Shown: positions 19,454 through 28,822, counted from the first letter of the stretch. The stretch: 64,000 nt of DNA from Burkholderiales bacterium (GCA_035459025.1 DATHYT010000034.1:9072-73071); one strand, 5' to 3'. Notes: a model not told the origin generated them from the letters alone. Numbers and translations are program-made.

Positions 19454-20392
19454 CTACAGCTTTGCGCGGAACTGCAGGTAATCCAGGGCCGCTCTTTCCG
19501 GCGCCTCGATCATCGGCACGTGCCCCACGCCCTGCATCATGACCACGTCGGACTTGATCAGCAGCATCTGCAGGATGCCAGCGGTCCCGGGATGCAGCAC
19601 CCGGTCCTGCTGGCCCCAGACCACGAGCGACGGCACGGCGAGGCCGCGGATGCGCTCCTCCACCGAGTCGGCGGCGAGCTGCTTCAGGATGCGCGCCTCG
19701 AGCGCGTAGTTCCTGACGCGCTCCTGCGCCACCACGTCGAGAAACGGCCGCGGGATCATCAGCGGCTTCGCCGTGAGCAGCGAGACCAAATGCGCGAAGT
19801 CGTCCTCGTCCTGCACCAGCATCGGGTTTTCGCCCGTTTCCGACACCCTCCTGAGCACTTCGCTCGGCGGCGCGCTCCACACGCCTGCGGCGCTGAGCAG
19901 CCACAGGCTCTCGACTTCCCTGGGATGCAGCGCGGCGTAGGTGAGGGCGATGTGCCCGCCCATGGAGTTGCCGCCGAGGTGCAGCTTCGACACGCCGAGC
20001 GCGCGAGCGAAGGCGCGCAGGCGCTCGGCCTGCGCGGGCGGCGCGTAGTCGGCCTGCGGCGGTTTGGAGGATTCGCCGAAGCCGATGTGGTCGGGCACGA
20101 TGACGCGAAAGCGCGGCGTGAGGTACTTGGCGACGCGCGTGAAGTTGTCCTTGTTGCCGCCGAAGCCGTGCAGCAGGAGGAGCGGCGCGCCCCGGCCGCC
20201 TTCCAGGTAGACGTAGGTCAGGCCGTTGGCGAGCGTGAGCTCCCTGCGCTCGAGCCCGGCGAGGCGCCGCTCGTATTCGAGCGCGACACGCACCGCGCGC
20301 TCGGGAGCGGCGGTGTACAGGTACACGCCCGCGCCCAGCACGAGCGCGCCCAGCACGCCCAGGGCGGCCAGCACCCACTTCAGGACGCGCAT
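19454..20392 (-). CDS. membrane-anchored alpha/beta fold hydrolase
   Basis: ATG 20392 overlaps the upstream stop (TGATG). N-terminal TM (VLAALGVLGALVLGAGVYLY), oxyanion LLLLHGFGG, elbow LGGNSMGG, catalytic His in GVGHVPMIE. Confidence 0.85.
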   Translation of the reverse strand: MRVLKWVLAALGVLGALVLGAGVYLYTAAPERAVRVALEYERRLAGLERRELTLANGLTYVYLEGGRGAPLLLLHGFGGNKDNFTRVAKYLTPRFRVIVPDHIGFGESSKPPQADYAPPAQAERLRAFARALGVSKLHLGGNSMGGHIALTYAALHPREVESLWLLSAAGVWSAPPSEVLRRVSETGENPMLVQDEDDFAHLVSLLTAKPLMIPRPFLDVVAQERVRNYALEARILKQLAADSVEERIRGLAVPSLVVWGQQDRVLHPGTAGILQMLLIKSDVVMMQGVGHVPMIEAPERAALDYLQFRAKL

Positions 20393-20844
20393 CAGCCGAA
20401 AAAGCCGATGCCGCGCGCCGTCATGGCGGCGCAGGCGAGGATCAGCACGATGCCGACCAGCTCGAGGTGCATCAGGCGCAGCAACCGGCGGCGCCGCGCC
20501 TCGCTCAGCACCGGCGCGTGCCCCTGGCGCAGGGCGCCGCGCCACGACATGAACTCGAGCGTCGGCGGAATCGACGCGAGGCCCACGCCGAGGAACAGCA
20601 CCAGCTTGGCGAGGAACGGCCAGCTGTGGAAGTAGTAGCTCGCGCCCTTCTCGAGATAGAACACGCGCAGCAGCCCGACGAGCAGCACCACGCCCGAGGA
20701 CAGGCCGAAGAACATGTCGGTGAGCTGCAGGCGCCGCGCGGCGCGCACGCCGAGCTCGCCCCGGATAAGAACGAACTCGATCGCCAGCGTCGCCACCAGC
20801 GTGAACGCGGCGAGGTGGTGCAGGAATGCGAGCAGCGTGCCCAT
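20392..20844 (-). CDS. DUF2214-like 4-TM membrane protein
   Basis: 150 aa: MGTLLAFLHHLAAFTLVATLAIEFVL... with four hydrophobic helices. The family name is recalled. Confidence 0.7.
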   Translation of the reverse strand: MGTLLAFLHHLAAFTLVATLAIEFVLIRGELGVRAARRLQLTDMFFGLSSGVVLLVGLLRVFYLEKGASYYFHSWPFLAKLVLFLGVGLASIPPTLEFMSWRGALRQGHAPVLSEARRRRLLRLMHLELVGIVLILACAAMTARGIGFFG

Positions 20845-20847
20845 CGC

Positions 20848-21060
20848 CTACTTGCGGCCGCCGACCAGAATCAGGACCACGCCGAGGGCGATCGCGCCCA
20901 CGCCGGCCCACACCGGGACGTTGACGCGCTCTTTCGCCTTCACCGACAGCTGCACCGGCCCGAGCTTCACGTCGCGCCGCTCCTTGGTGTAGGTGAAGCC
21001 GCCGTACACGAGGCCCAGGGTGCCGGCGACGATCAGGGCGATGCCGAGGATCTTCTTCAT
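20848..21060 (-). CDS. 70-aa two-TM small membrane protein
   Basis: MKKILGIALIVAGTLGLVYGG...WAGVGAIALGVVLILVGGRK. ATG lies 7 nt after the upstream TAA. Confidence 0.65.
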   Translation of the reverse strand: MKKILGIALIVAGTLGLVYGGFTYTKERRDVKLGPVQLSVKAKERVNVPVWAGVGAIALGVVLILVGGRK

Positions 21061-21067
21061 GGCGCCA

Positions 21068-21397
21068 TTATTCCATTGCGGGAGGCGCCGCGCGCGGCCG
21101 GAAGCGCGGCCAGCGCCGCAGCCAGGTGCGCTCGACGGTGTAGATCGCGGCCGCGCCCGCCATGCCGAGCGCGAGCGCGGCGAGCAGCAGCCCCTGGCTC
21201 TGGCGCGCGTAGGCGAGGGCGGCGAGCGCCACGGCGCCGCCGACGCTCGCCAGCACGAGCGCGGTCTCCGCCGGGTGCACGTTCATCTCCAGTTGCCCGA
21301 GGCAATGCGAGCAGTCGAGGTTCATGCGTGCGATCAGGGAACGGGCGGGCTTCGTCTCGCCCAGGTCGGTGCCGCAGAGCGGGCAGCGGGTGTCCAT
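21068..21397 (-). CDS. zinc-ribbon (CPLC...CSHC) protein with two C-terminal TM helices
   Basis: 109 aa: MDTRCPLCGTDLG...LDCSHCLGQL, then ALVLASVGGAVALAALAY and LLLAALALGMAGAAAIY. High GC3. Confidence 0.6.
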   Translation of the reverse strand: MDTRCPLCGTDLGETKPARSLIARMNLDCSHCLGQLEMNVHPAETALVLASVGGAVALAALAYARQSQGLLLAALALGMAGAAAIYTVERTWLRRWPRFRPRAAPPAME

Positions 21398-21404
21398 CAG
21401 TGGC

Positions 21405-21728
21405 TCAGGCCCCGGGGAGGTTCAGGTCCTGAACCGAGAAGTCGCGCCGGCACTGCGCGCAACGGTAGCGCCGGCGCCCGAGCAGCGCGGCGGCCTGCGC
21501 GCGCTGGCGCGGACGCAGGTAGATCCAGGCGGCGAGGGCGATGACGGCGAGCACGGCGTACGGCTCGCCGGTGTCCGGCGTCGCCCACAGGAAGGCGAGC
21601 AAGCAGGCCAGGGCGACCCAGAGCAGCAGCTCGACCGCGACATAGCGCGCGGCGCTGAAGCTCGGGTCCGGCGGGTCCTCGTAGCGCAGCAGGAAGCCGC
21701 AGGCCGGGCAGGTCTTCGCCTCCTGCAC
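21405..21728 (-). CDS. split zinc-ribbon membrane protein (N-terminal CPAC and C-terminal CAQC flanking two TM helices)
   Basis: GTG start 15 nt after the pilU stop, with no clear SD. 107 aa: MQEAKTCPACGF...two TM...YRCAQCRRDF. High GC3. Confidence 0.55.
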   Translation of the reverse strand: MQEAKTCPACGFLLRYEDPPDPSFSAARYVAVELLLWVALACLLAFLWATPDTGEPYAVLAVIALAAWIYLRPRQRAQAAALLGRRRYRCAQCRRDFSVQDLNLPGA

Positions 21729-21743
21729 CGCCGGGCGCGCGCG

Positions 21744-22880
21744 CTACACGATGTCGAGATGCTCGATGCCCTTGGACAGGTCCTTGTCCTTGGCTTCCTT
21801 GCCGTGCAGCTTGATGGCGAGGCGCACCTCGTTGGTCGAATCGGCGAACCGCAGCGCGTCCTCGTAGCCGATGCGCCCCTGCTCGTAGAGGTCGAACAGC
21901 GCCTGGTCGAAGGTCTGCATGCCCAGCTCCCTCGACTTCTTCATGATCTCCTTGATGCCGTGCACCTCGCCCTTGAAGATCAGGTCGCCGATCAGGGGCG
22001 AATTGAGCAGCACCTCCACCGCGGCGGCGCGCCCGCGCCCCTCCTTCACCGGGATCAGGCGCTGCGAGATCACCGCCTTCAGGTTGAGCGACAGGTCCAT
22101 CAGCAGCTGCTGGCGGCGCTCCTCGGGGAAGAAGTTGATGATCCGGTCCATCGCCTGGTTGGAGTTGTTGGCGTGCAGCGTTCCCAGGCACAGGTGACCG
22201 GTCTCGGCGAAGGCGATGGCGTGCTCCATCACCTCGCGGTCGCGGATCTCGCCGATCAGGATCACATCGGGCGCCTGGCGCAGCGTGTTCTTCAGCGCCG
22301 CCTCCCAGGAGTCGGTGTCCACGCCCACCTCGCGCTGCGTGATGATGCAGTTCTTGTGCGGATGCACGTACTCCACCGGGTCCTCGATGGTGATGATGTG
22401 GCCATGCGAGTTCTCGTTGCGGTAGCCGATCATCGCTGCGAGCGAGGTCGACTTGCCCGAGCCCGTGCCGCCGACGAAGATCACGAGCCCGCGCTTGGTC
22501 ATCGCCACGTCCCTCAGCACCGGCGGCAGCTTCAAGTCCTCGAAGTTCGGAATCGTGGTGGTGATGACGCGCAGCACCATGCCGACATTGCCCTGCTGCA
22601 CGAACGTGTTGACGCGAAAGCGCCCGATGCCCGCCGGGTTGATGGCGAAGTTGCACTCCTTCTTCGATTCGAACTCGGCTGCCTGCTTGTCGTTCATGAT
22701 CGAGCGCGCGAGCATCGAGGTATGCTGCGGCGACAACCCCTGCTGCGACACCGGCGTCATCTTGCCGTCGATCTTCATCGCCGGCGGGTAGCCGGTGGTG
22801 ATGAACAGGTCCGAGCCCTTCTTCGCGACCAGGGCGCGCAGCAGGTCGTACATGAACTTGGTGGCTTGTTCGCGTTCCAT
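21744..22880 (-). CDS. pilU: type IV pilus retraction ATPase PilU
   Basis: KGSDLFITTGYPPAMKIDGK, Walker A GGTGSGKST, GEIRDREVMEHAIAFAETGHLCLGTLHANN. Confidence 0.92.
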   Translation of the reverse strand: MEREQATKFMYDLLRALVAKKGSDLFITTGYPPAMKIDGKMTPVSQQGLSPQHTSMLARSIMNDKQAAEFESKKECNFAINPAGIGRFRVNTFVQQGNVGMVLRVITTTIPNFEDLKLPPVLRDVAMTKRGLVIFVGGTGSGKSTSLAAMIGYRNENSHGHIITIEDPVEYVHPHKNCIITQREVGVDTDSWEAALKNTLRQAPDVILIGEIRDREVMEHAIAFAETGHLCLGTLHANNSNQAMDRIINFFPEERRQQLLMDLSLNLKAVISQRLIPVKEGRGRAAAVEVLLNSPLIGDLIFKGEVHGIKEIMKKSRELGMQTFDQALFDLYEQGRIGYEDALRFADSTNEVRLAIKLHGKEAKDKDLSKGIEHLDIV

Positions 22881-22908
22881 CGCGTTCTCCTACGCTGTGC
22901 TTGCCGTC

Positions 22909-23952
22909 TCAGCCGGCAAAGGCATCCTTGTTCATCGCCTTGCCGCGCGCCTCGCCCATCGACACCACGTTGCGCCGCACGAGGTCCTGCAGGTTCTGGT
23001 CGAGCGTCTGCATGCCGATCTGCGCGCCGGTCTGGATCGCCGAGTACATCTGCGCGATCTTGTTCTCGCGGATCAGGTTGCGGATCGCCGGCGTGCCGAT
23101 CATGATCTCGTGCGCCGCGACGCGTCCCGCGCCGTCCTTGGTCTTCAGCAGCGTCTGCGAAATCACCGCGCGCAAGCTTTCCGAGAGCATGGCGCGCACC
23201 ATTTCCTTCTCGGCCGCGGGAAACACGTCGACGATGCGGTCCACGGTCTTCGCCGCGCTGCTCGTGTGCAGCGTGCCGAACACCAAGTGTCCGGTTTCCG
23301 CGCCGGTGAGCGCCAGGCGGATGGTCTCCAGGTCGCGCATCTCGCCCACCAGGATCGAGTCCGGGTCCTCGCGCAGCGCGCTCCTCAGCGCGTTGGAGAA
23401 CGACAGCGTGTGCGGCCCGACCTCGCGCTGGTTGATCAGGCATTTCTTGGACTCGTGCACGAACTCGATCGGGTCCTCGATGGTGAGGATGTGGCCTTCC
23501 TCGTTCTCGTTGATGTGGTTGATCATCGCCGCGAGCGTCGTCGACTTGCCCGAGCCCGTCGGCCCGGTCACCAGCACGATGCCGCGCGGGTATTCCGAGA
23601 TCTCGGTGAAGATCTTCGGGCATTTCAGCTCCTCGAGCGACAGCACCTTGGTCGGGATGGTCCGCAGCACCGCGGCGGCGCCGCGCTGCTGCACGAAGGC
23701 ATTGACGCGAAAGCGCGCGAGGTTGGGCACGGCGAAGGAGAAGTCGCACTCCAGGTTCTCCTCGTAGAACTTGCGCTGCCCGTCGTTCATGATGTCGTAG
23801 ATCATGCTGTGCACGTCCTTGTGCTCCAGCGCGGGGACGTTGATGCGCTTGACGTCGCCGTGCACGCGCACCATCGGCGGCAGGCCCGAGGACAAGTGCA
23901 GGTCCGAGGCCTTGTTCTTGACGACAAACGCAAGCAATTCAGTGAGATCCAT
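22909..23952 (-). CDS. pilT: type IV pilus twitching-motility ATPase PilT
   Basis: Conserved N-terminus MDLTELLAFVVKNKASDLHLSSGLPPMVRVHGD starts at ATG 23952. The track ORF adds 24 unconserved codons. GPTGSGKST, VGEMRDLETI, GHLVFGTLHT. Confidence 0.93.
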   Translation of the reverse strand: MDLTELLAFVVKNKASDLHLSSGLPPMVRVHGDVKRINVPALEHKDVHSMIYDIMNDGQRKFYEENLECDFSFAVPNLARFRVNAFVQQRGAAAVLRTIPTKVLSLEELKCPKIFTEISEYPRGIVLVTGPTGSGKSTTLAAMINHINENEEGHILTIEDPIEFVHESKKCLINQREVGPHTLSFSNALRSALREDPDSILVGEMRDLETIRLALTGAETGHLVFGTLHTSSAAKTVDRIVDVFPAAEKEMVRAMLSESLRAVISQTLLKTKDGAGRVAAHEIMIGTPAIRNLIRENKIAQMYSAIQTGAQIGMQTLDQNLQDLVRRNVVSMGEARGKAMNKDAFAG

Positions 23953-23984
23953 TACAATCCCCCGCGAGACGGTCCGGGCAAAGT

Positions 23985-24671
23985 ATGGGGTCAATCGCGC
24001 AGAACTTGCAAGCCGTGAAGTCACGCATCGCCGAGGCCGAACGCGTCGCAGGACGCGCCCCGGGCGTGGTGGCGCTGCTCGCGGTGTCCAAGACCCATGC
24101 GCCGGAGCGGATCGGCGAGGCCTGCGCCGCCGGCCAGCGCGCGTTCGGCGAGAACTATGTCCAGGAGGCGCTCGACAAGATGGCGCACCTCGCCGCGCTG
24201 CCGCTCGAATGGCACCTCGTGGGGCCGCTCCAGAGCAACAAGACGCGCGCGGTGGCCGAGCGCTTCGACTGGGTGCACACCGTGGACCGCGAAAAGACCG
24301 CGCGGCGCCTTGCCGAGCAGCGCCCGGCGGGGCGGGCGCCGCTCAACGTGCTGATCCAGGTGAACGTCTCGGGCGAGGCGTCCAAGAGCGGCGTCGCGCC
24401 GGCGCAGGCGGCCGCGCTGGCCGCGGCGATCGCACCGCTCAAGAACCTGCGTCTGCGGGGGTTGATGGCGATTCCGGAGCCCGGCGCGCCACCGTCGCGC
24501 TTCACCGAGATCGGCGCCCTGTTCGAGGGGCTGCGGGGCGAGTTCGGGCTGGACACGCTGTCGCTGGGCATGAGCGAGGACTTGGAGGCGGCGATCGCCG
24601 CGGGCTCCACCATGGTCAGGATCGGCACCGCGATCTTCGGGGAGCGGCGCAAGGTGAGGCACGCGGCATGA
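23985..24671 (+). CDS. yggS: YggS-family pyridoxal-phosphate homeostasis protein
   Basis: LLAVSKTHAPERI (PLP Lys), FGENYVQE, WHLVGPLQSNK, SLGMSEDLEAAI. Divergent from pilT, as in many proteobacteria. Confidence 0.9.
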   Translation: MGSIAQNLQAVKSRIAEAERVAGRAPGVVALLAVSKTHAPERIGEACAAGQRAFGENYVQEALDKMAHLAALPLEWHLVGPLQSNKTRAVAERFDWVHTVDREKTARRLAEQRPAGRAPLNVLIQVNVSGEASKSGVAPAQAAALAAAIAPLKNLRLRGLMAIPEPGAPPSRFTEIGALFEGLRGEFGLDTLSLGMSEDLEAAIAAGSTMVRIGTAIFGERRKVRHAA

Positions 24672-25480
24672 GGATCGCCTTCGTCGGCGGCGGCAACATG
24701 GCGAGCGCCCTGATTGGCGGGCTGATTGCCAGGGGCACCCGCTCGGGCGAGCTCTCGGTGATCGAGCCGCTACCCGCGGCGCGCCGGCGCCTGGCGGCGA
24801 AATTCAAGGTTCGCGCGAGCGCGGCGCCCGATGCGCGCACGCGGGCCGCGGACACGCTGCTGCTGGCGGTGAAGCCGCAGGACATGCGCGCCGCACTGGC
24901 ACCACTCGCGGGCGCGCTCGCCGGCAAGCTGGTCATCAGCATTGCCGCAGGCATCCGCCTGCGCGAGCTTTCGCGCTGGCTCGGCGGGCACGCCAAGCTC
25001 GTGCGCTGCATGCCGAATACGCCGGCGCTGATTGGCGCCGGCATCACCGGGCTCTATGCGCCGCCGGGGGTGACGGCTGCCGAAAAGCGCCGCGCCGAGC
25101 GCATCCTCGGTGCGGTTGGCGCCACCGTCTGGGTCGGGAACGAGGCGCTGCTCGACCCGGTCACCGCGGTTTCCGGCAGCGGCCCGGCCTATGTGTTCTG
25201 GTTCATCGAGCAACTGGCGGCGGCGGGCGAAGCCCTCGGCCTAGCGCCGGGCGTGTCGAGGAAGCTGGCACTGCGCACCGTGCTCGGCGCGGCGCAGCTC
25301 GCGGCGGGGAGCCGCGAGCCGCCCGGCGTGCTGCGCGAGCGCGTCACCTCGAAAGGCGGTACGACCGCGGCGGCGCTCAAGGTGTTCGAGGACGAAGGGC
25401 TCGGCGAGCGCTTCCGGCGCGCGGTCGCGGCCGCCAGCCGGCGCGGCACCGAGATCGGCGACGAGCTGGGGCGCGACTGA
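24668..25480 (+). CDS. proC: pyrroline-5-carboxylate reductase
   Basis: ATG overlaps the yggS stop (ATGA). IAFVGGGNMASALIGGL, VRCMPNTPALIGAG, VSGSGPAYVF, VTSKGGTT. Confidence 0.92.
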   Translation: MRIAFVGGGNMASALIGGLIARGTRSGELSVIEPLPAARRRLAAKFKVRASAAPDARTRAADTLLLAVKPQDMRAALAPLAGALAGKLVISIAAGIRLRELSRWLGGHAKLVRCMPNTPALIGAGITGLYAPPGVTAAEKRRAERILGAVGATVWVGNEALLDPVTAVSGSGPAYVFWFIEQLAAAGEALGLAPGVSRKLALRTVLGAAQLAAGSREPPGVLRERVTSKGGTTAAALKVFEDEGLGERFRRAVAAASRRGTEIGDELGRD

Positions 25481-26031
25481 TGCTGGTGCAGATCGGCCAG
25501 TTCCTCGTCGACGTCGTGGGCAGCTTCTTCGTCTTCATCCTGCTCGCGCGTTTTCACTTCCAGTGGCTGCGCGTGCCGTTCCGCAATCCGATCGGCGAAT
25601 TCATGATCGCGGTGACCAACTGGATCGTGCTGCCGGCGCGGCGCGTGATACCGCCGCTCGCGGGGCTCGATCTCGCGACACTGATCGCCGCCTGGCTGCT
25701 GCAGGCGCTGGCGCTCACGCTGCTCGTGGCCATGGCGGGCGGCTCGGGCTCGACACTGGTGTTCGTCGCTTCGGCGTTCGACCTCGTGCGCTACAGCCTG
25801 TACATCCTGGTGTTTGCGGTGGTCGTGCAGGCGGTGCTGTCCTGGGTCAATCCGCACTCGCCGGTGATGTACCTGTTCGACGCCATGACACGGCTGTTCC
25901 TGCGGCCGATCCGGCGCGTGGTGCCGCTGCTCGGCAGCGTCGACCTGTCGCCGCTGGTGCTGCTGGTGCTGCTGCAGGTGGCGCTCATCGCGCTCGAGCA
26001 CCTGCGCACGGCGGCGTGGAGCGCGCTCTAG
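25480..26031 (+). CDS. yggT: YggT-family membrane protein
   Basis: ATG overlaps the proC stop (TGATG). 183 aa with duplicated YGGT-type TM repeats (ILLARFHFQWLRV...; VQAVLSWVNPHSP). Confidence 0.85.
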   Translation: MLVQIGQFLVDVVGSFFVFILLARFHFQWLRVPFRNPIGEFMIAVTNWIVLPARRVIPPLAGLDLATLIAAWLLQALALTLLVAMAGGSGSTLVFVASAFDLVRYSLYILVFAVVVQAVLSWVNPHSPVMYLFDAMTRLFLRPIRRVVPLLGSVDLSPLVLLVLLQVALIALEHLRTAAWSAL

Positions 26032-27017
26032 GCGAGATCCTTGGGATCGACCTCGTTCAGGAGCGCTTCGCCCCTGACGAACCGCGGCAGATTATCGAGA
26101 AACAACTGCTCCCAGCGCCGGCGCACGCCGTCGCCCGAAAACGATGTGTGCGAGGTCAGTCGGATCTTCGGGTGCGTCCAAAGCGGATCGTCGGCCGGCA
26201 GCGGCTCGGTCCGAAAGACATCGAGCACCGCGGCGGCCAGCCGGCCCTCGTCGAGCGCCTGGCGCAAGGCGGCATCCTCGATCAATCCGCCGCGGGCGAT
26301 GTTGACCAGCACGGCCCCCGGCTTGATCGCATCGAAAAAAGCTTTGTTCGCCAGGCCCCGGGTGGCATCGTTCAGCGGGCAGGCGAGGACGACAACGTCG
26401 GCGGCCGGCAGGAAAGTAGGAAGGTCGGCGATGGTGCCCGCGCGATCGACCGTCGCGCCGGTCTCCGGCGTACGCCGAACGACGTGGACGTGGGCGGCAA
26501 AGCCCTTGGCGCGTTGCGCGATCGCGCGGCCGATCGGGCCAAAGCCGAGGATCAGCCAGTTCGTGCCGGCGATCTCGCGGAACGGCGTGCGCTGCCAGGT
26601 CCTGCGCGCCTGCAGCTCGCGCTGCTCGGCCAGGGGCTGGAACAGCGCGAGCACCTGCGCCATCACATACTCGGCAATCCCGATCGCCTGGGCGGAGCTG
26701 TTGCAAATGCGCACGCCCTTGGCCGCGATCTGCTTGTACGCCGGAGCGTCCAGGCCGGCGTTGAAGGTCTGCAGCACCTTGATCGATCGGCACCGGAGCG
26801 CCACCTCGAATGCGGTCCGCAGGCCGCCCTCGAGGCTCAGCTCCGGACTGAGCCAGAGATAGTCGAGATCGACCTCCGCAGGATCCACCCGGGCGCCGTC
26901 GATCTCGAACTTGCCGTCGAGCCCGAACGTGACGATGTCGACGTCGAGCCGCAGCGCGTCAAGACGATCCTTGATGCGGCCGTAGGAATTGGCATACATC
27001 GCCACCGACACTGCCAT
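26028..27017 (-). CDS. D-isomer-specific 2-hydroxyacid dehydrogenase family protein
   Basis: Rossmann motif WLILGFGPIGRAIA, VLVNIARGGLIDE-like segment, catalytic His in LTSHTSF. Start ATG 27017 (alternative 26999). The stop shares CTAG with the yggT stop. Confidence 0.85.
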   Translation of the reverse strand: MAVSVAMYANSYGRIKDRLDALRLDVDIVTFGLDGKFEIDGARVDPAEVDLDYLWLSPELSLEGGLRTAFEVALRCRSIKVLQTFNAGLDAPAYKQIAAKGVRICNSSAQAIGIAEYVMAQVLALFQPLAEQRELQARRTWQRTPFREIAGTNWLILGFGPIGRAIAQRAKGFAAHVHVVRRTPETGATVDRAGTIADLPTFLPAADVVVLACPLNDATRGLANKAFFDAIKPGAVLVNIARGGLIEDAALRQALDEGRLAAAVLDVFRTEPLPADDPLWTHPKIRLTSHTSFSGDGVRRRWEQLFLDNLPRFVRGEALLNEVDPKDLA

Positions 27018-27052
27018 TGGGGCGACTACGCTAACACAGCCGGGCCTGCCGG

Positions 27053-28822
27053 CTAGCGCCGGAAGCGGATCTCCTGCGGGTAGGGAAAGACGTCCTCCTG
27101 CACCCCGGCGCGCAGGCGCGCCTGCTTGTCGGCCCAGAACTGCGGGTCCATCAGGTCGGCGTGGCGCTCGAGGAACAGCGCGCGCGAGGCCGCGCCGGTG
27201 ACGAGGAACTTCTCGAACTGCTCGGGAAACACGTCGTGCGGGCCGATCGAGTAGTACGGCTCCGCGGCCATCTCGTCGTCGAACGAGCGCGGCGCCGGGA
27301 TCCTCCGGAAGTTGCACTCGGTCATGTAGGCGATCTCGTCGTAGTCGTAGAACACGACGCGCTCGTGGCGCGTGACGCCGAAGTTCTTCAGCAGCATGTC
27401 GCCCGGAAAGATGCCGGCGCCGGCCAGCTCCTTGATGGCGTCGCCGTACTCGTGCAGCGCCTGGCGCACGCGCTCGATGGCGCCGTCGCCGATCGCCTCC
27501 TCGAGGTACAGGTTGAGCGGCTGCATGCGCCGCTCGATGTACATGTGCTTGATGACCACCTTGTCGTCCTCGAATTCGATGTTCGAGGCGGCTTCGGCCT
27601 TCAGCTCTTCGAGGAGCTCGGGCGCGAAGCGCTCGCGCGGCAGCGCCACCAGCGAGTACTCCAGCGTGTCGGCCATGCGCCCGACGCGGTCGTGCATCTT
27701 CACCAGCAGGTACTTGTCGAGCACCGTCTGCCGGTCCATCTCCTTGGGCGGGGCGAAGCGGTCGCGGATCACCTTGAAGACGTAGGGAAACGACGGCAGG
27801 GTGAACACGAGCATCACCATGCCCTTGATGCCGGGCGCGACCGTAAACAGGTCCGACGAATGCTTCAGGTGATAAAACAAGTCCCGGTAGAACATGGTCT
27901 TGCCCTGCTTGGCGAGGCCCACCGCCATGTACATCTCGGCGCGCGGCTTCCTCGGCATCAGATGGCGCAGGAACGACACGTAGGCCGCCGGCACTTCCAT
28001 ATCGACGAAGAAGTAGGCGCGCGCAAAGGAGAACAGGACGAGCAGCTGGTCGGCCTCCAGCAGCAGCGCATCGAGGTAGAGCTCGCCGCGCTCGTTCTGC
28101 AGGATCGGCACCGCGAACGGCACTTCCTCGCTGCCGTTCACGATCTTGCCGACCGCGTAGGCGGCCTTGTTGCGGATGAAGAGCGACCCCAGGACCTGGA
28201 TCTGCAGGTTGGGGCGCGCGCGCGCAGGGCGCGGAAAGCGCGCGCGCAACGCGCGCAGGACGCTGCGCAGGTCGCGGTGCAGGTCTTCCCAGGGGTTGGC
28301 GAGGTCGAAGCCGCGCACGATCGCCGCCAGGGTCCGCCGCAGGGTCTTCCTGCGCGGATAGTAGCTGCGATAGGCAAGCTCTTCGCCCTCGAGGTGCTCG
28401 GTGGCCACCGCCGGCCGCCAGAAGATGAACTCATTGCGGTAGTAGCGCCGGTGCAGCACCTGGCAGGCAACGGAGTTGTAGAAGGTCTCGGCGCATTCGG
28501 GCTGCCGGTGCTCGTGCAGGAGCGGAATGTAGGCGAGCTTGATCGCCGGCCACAGCGACTCGTCGGTCTCGGCTTCCGGAAAGTGCGACCGCACCTCCTC
28601 GACCGCCTCCTGCACGCGGCGGTCGTACATCAGGATGCGCGCGCGCGCGAGCTCGCCCATCGCCGCCCAGTCGGCGCGCTCGAACAGGTGCTTCGCGCGC
28701 GCCGAGGCCTCGCGGAACAGGCGGTAATGCTTGTCGAAGCCGGCGAGAATGGTGCGCGCCACCTCGCCGGCGCGCTCGCCGCGCGCCGCGTGGATGGGCA
28801 GGACCTTCGCCGGCGCCGTCAA
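27053..28822 (-). CDS. aceK: isocitrate dehydrogenase kinase/phosphatase AceK
   Basis: 589 aa: ILAGFDKHYRLFRE..., FIFWRPAV..., GIFPGDMLLKNFGVTRHERVVFYDYDE (AceK kinase core). Begins 1 nt after the aceA stop. Confidence 0.92.
   Translation of the reverse strand: MTAPAKVLPIHAARGERAGEVARTILAGFDKHYRLFREASARAKHLFERADWAAMGELARARILMYDRRVQEAVEEVRSHFPEAETDESLWPAIKLAYIPLLHEHRQPECAETFYNSVACQVLHRRYYRNEFIFWRPAVATEHLEGEELAYRSYYPRRKTLRRTLAAIVRGFDLANPWEDLHRDLRSVLRALRARFPRPARARPNLQIQVLGSLFIRNKAAYAVGKIVNGSEEVPFAVPILQNERGELYLDALLLEADQLLVLFSFARAYFFVDMEVPAAYVSFLRHLMPRKPRAEMYMAVGLAKQGKTMFYRDLFYHLKHSSDLFTVAPGIKGMVMLVFTLPSFPYVFKVIRDRFAPPKEMDRQTVLDKYLLVKMHDRVGRMADTLEYSLVALPRERFAPELLEELKAEAASNIEFEDDKVVIKHMYIERRMQPLNLYLEEAIGDGAIERVRQALHEYGDAIKELAGAGIFPGDMLLKNFGVTRHERVVFYDYDEIAYMTECNFRRIPAPRSFDDEMAAEPYYSIGPHDVFPEQFEKFLVTGAASRALFLERHADLMDPQFWADKQARLRAGVQEDVFPYPQEIRFRR

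Noticed and set aside
27018-27052. Hairpin AGCCGG-GCCTG-CCGGCT right after the aceK stop, and GCCGGC repeats at about 50045-50065, as terminators.
   Set aside because: The stems are short (6 bp) and have no following U-run on the relevant strand. Structures of this kind arise by chance in GC-rich DNA.
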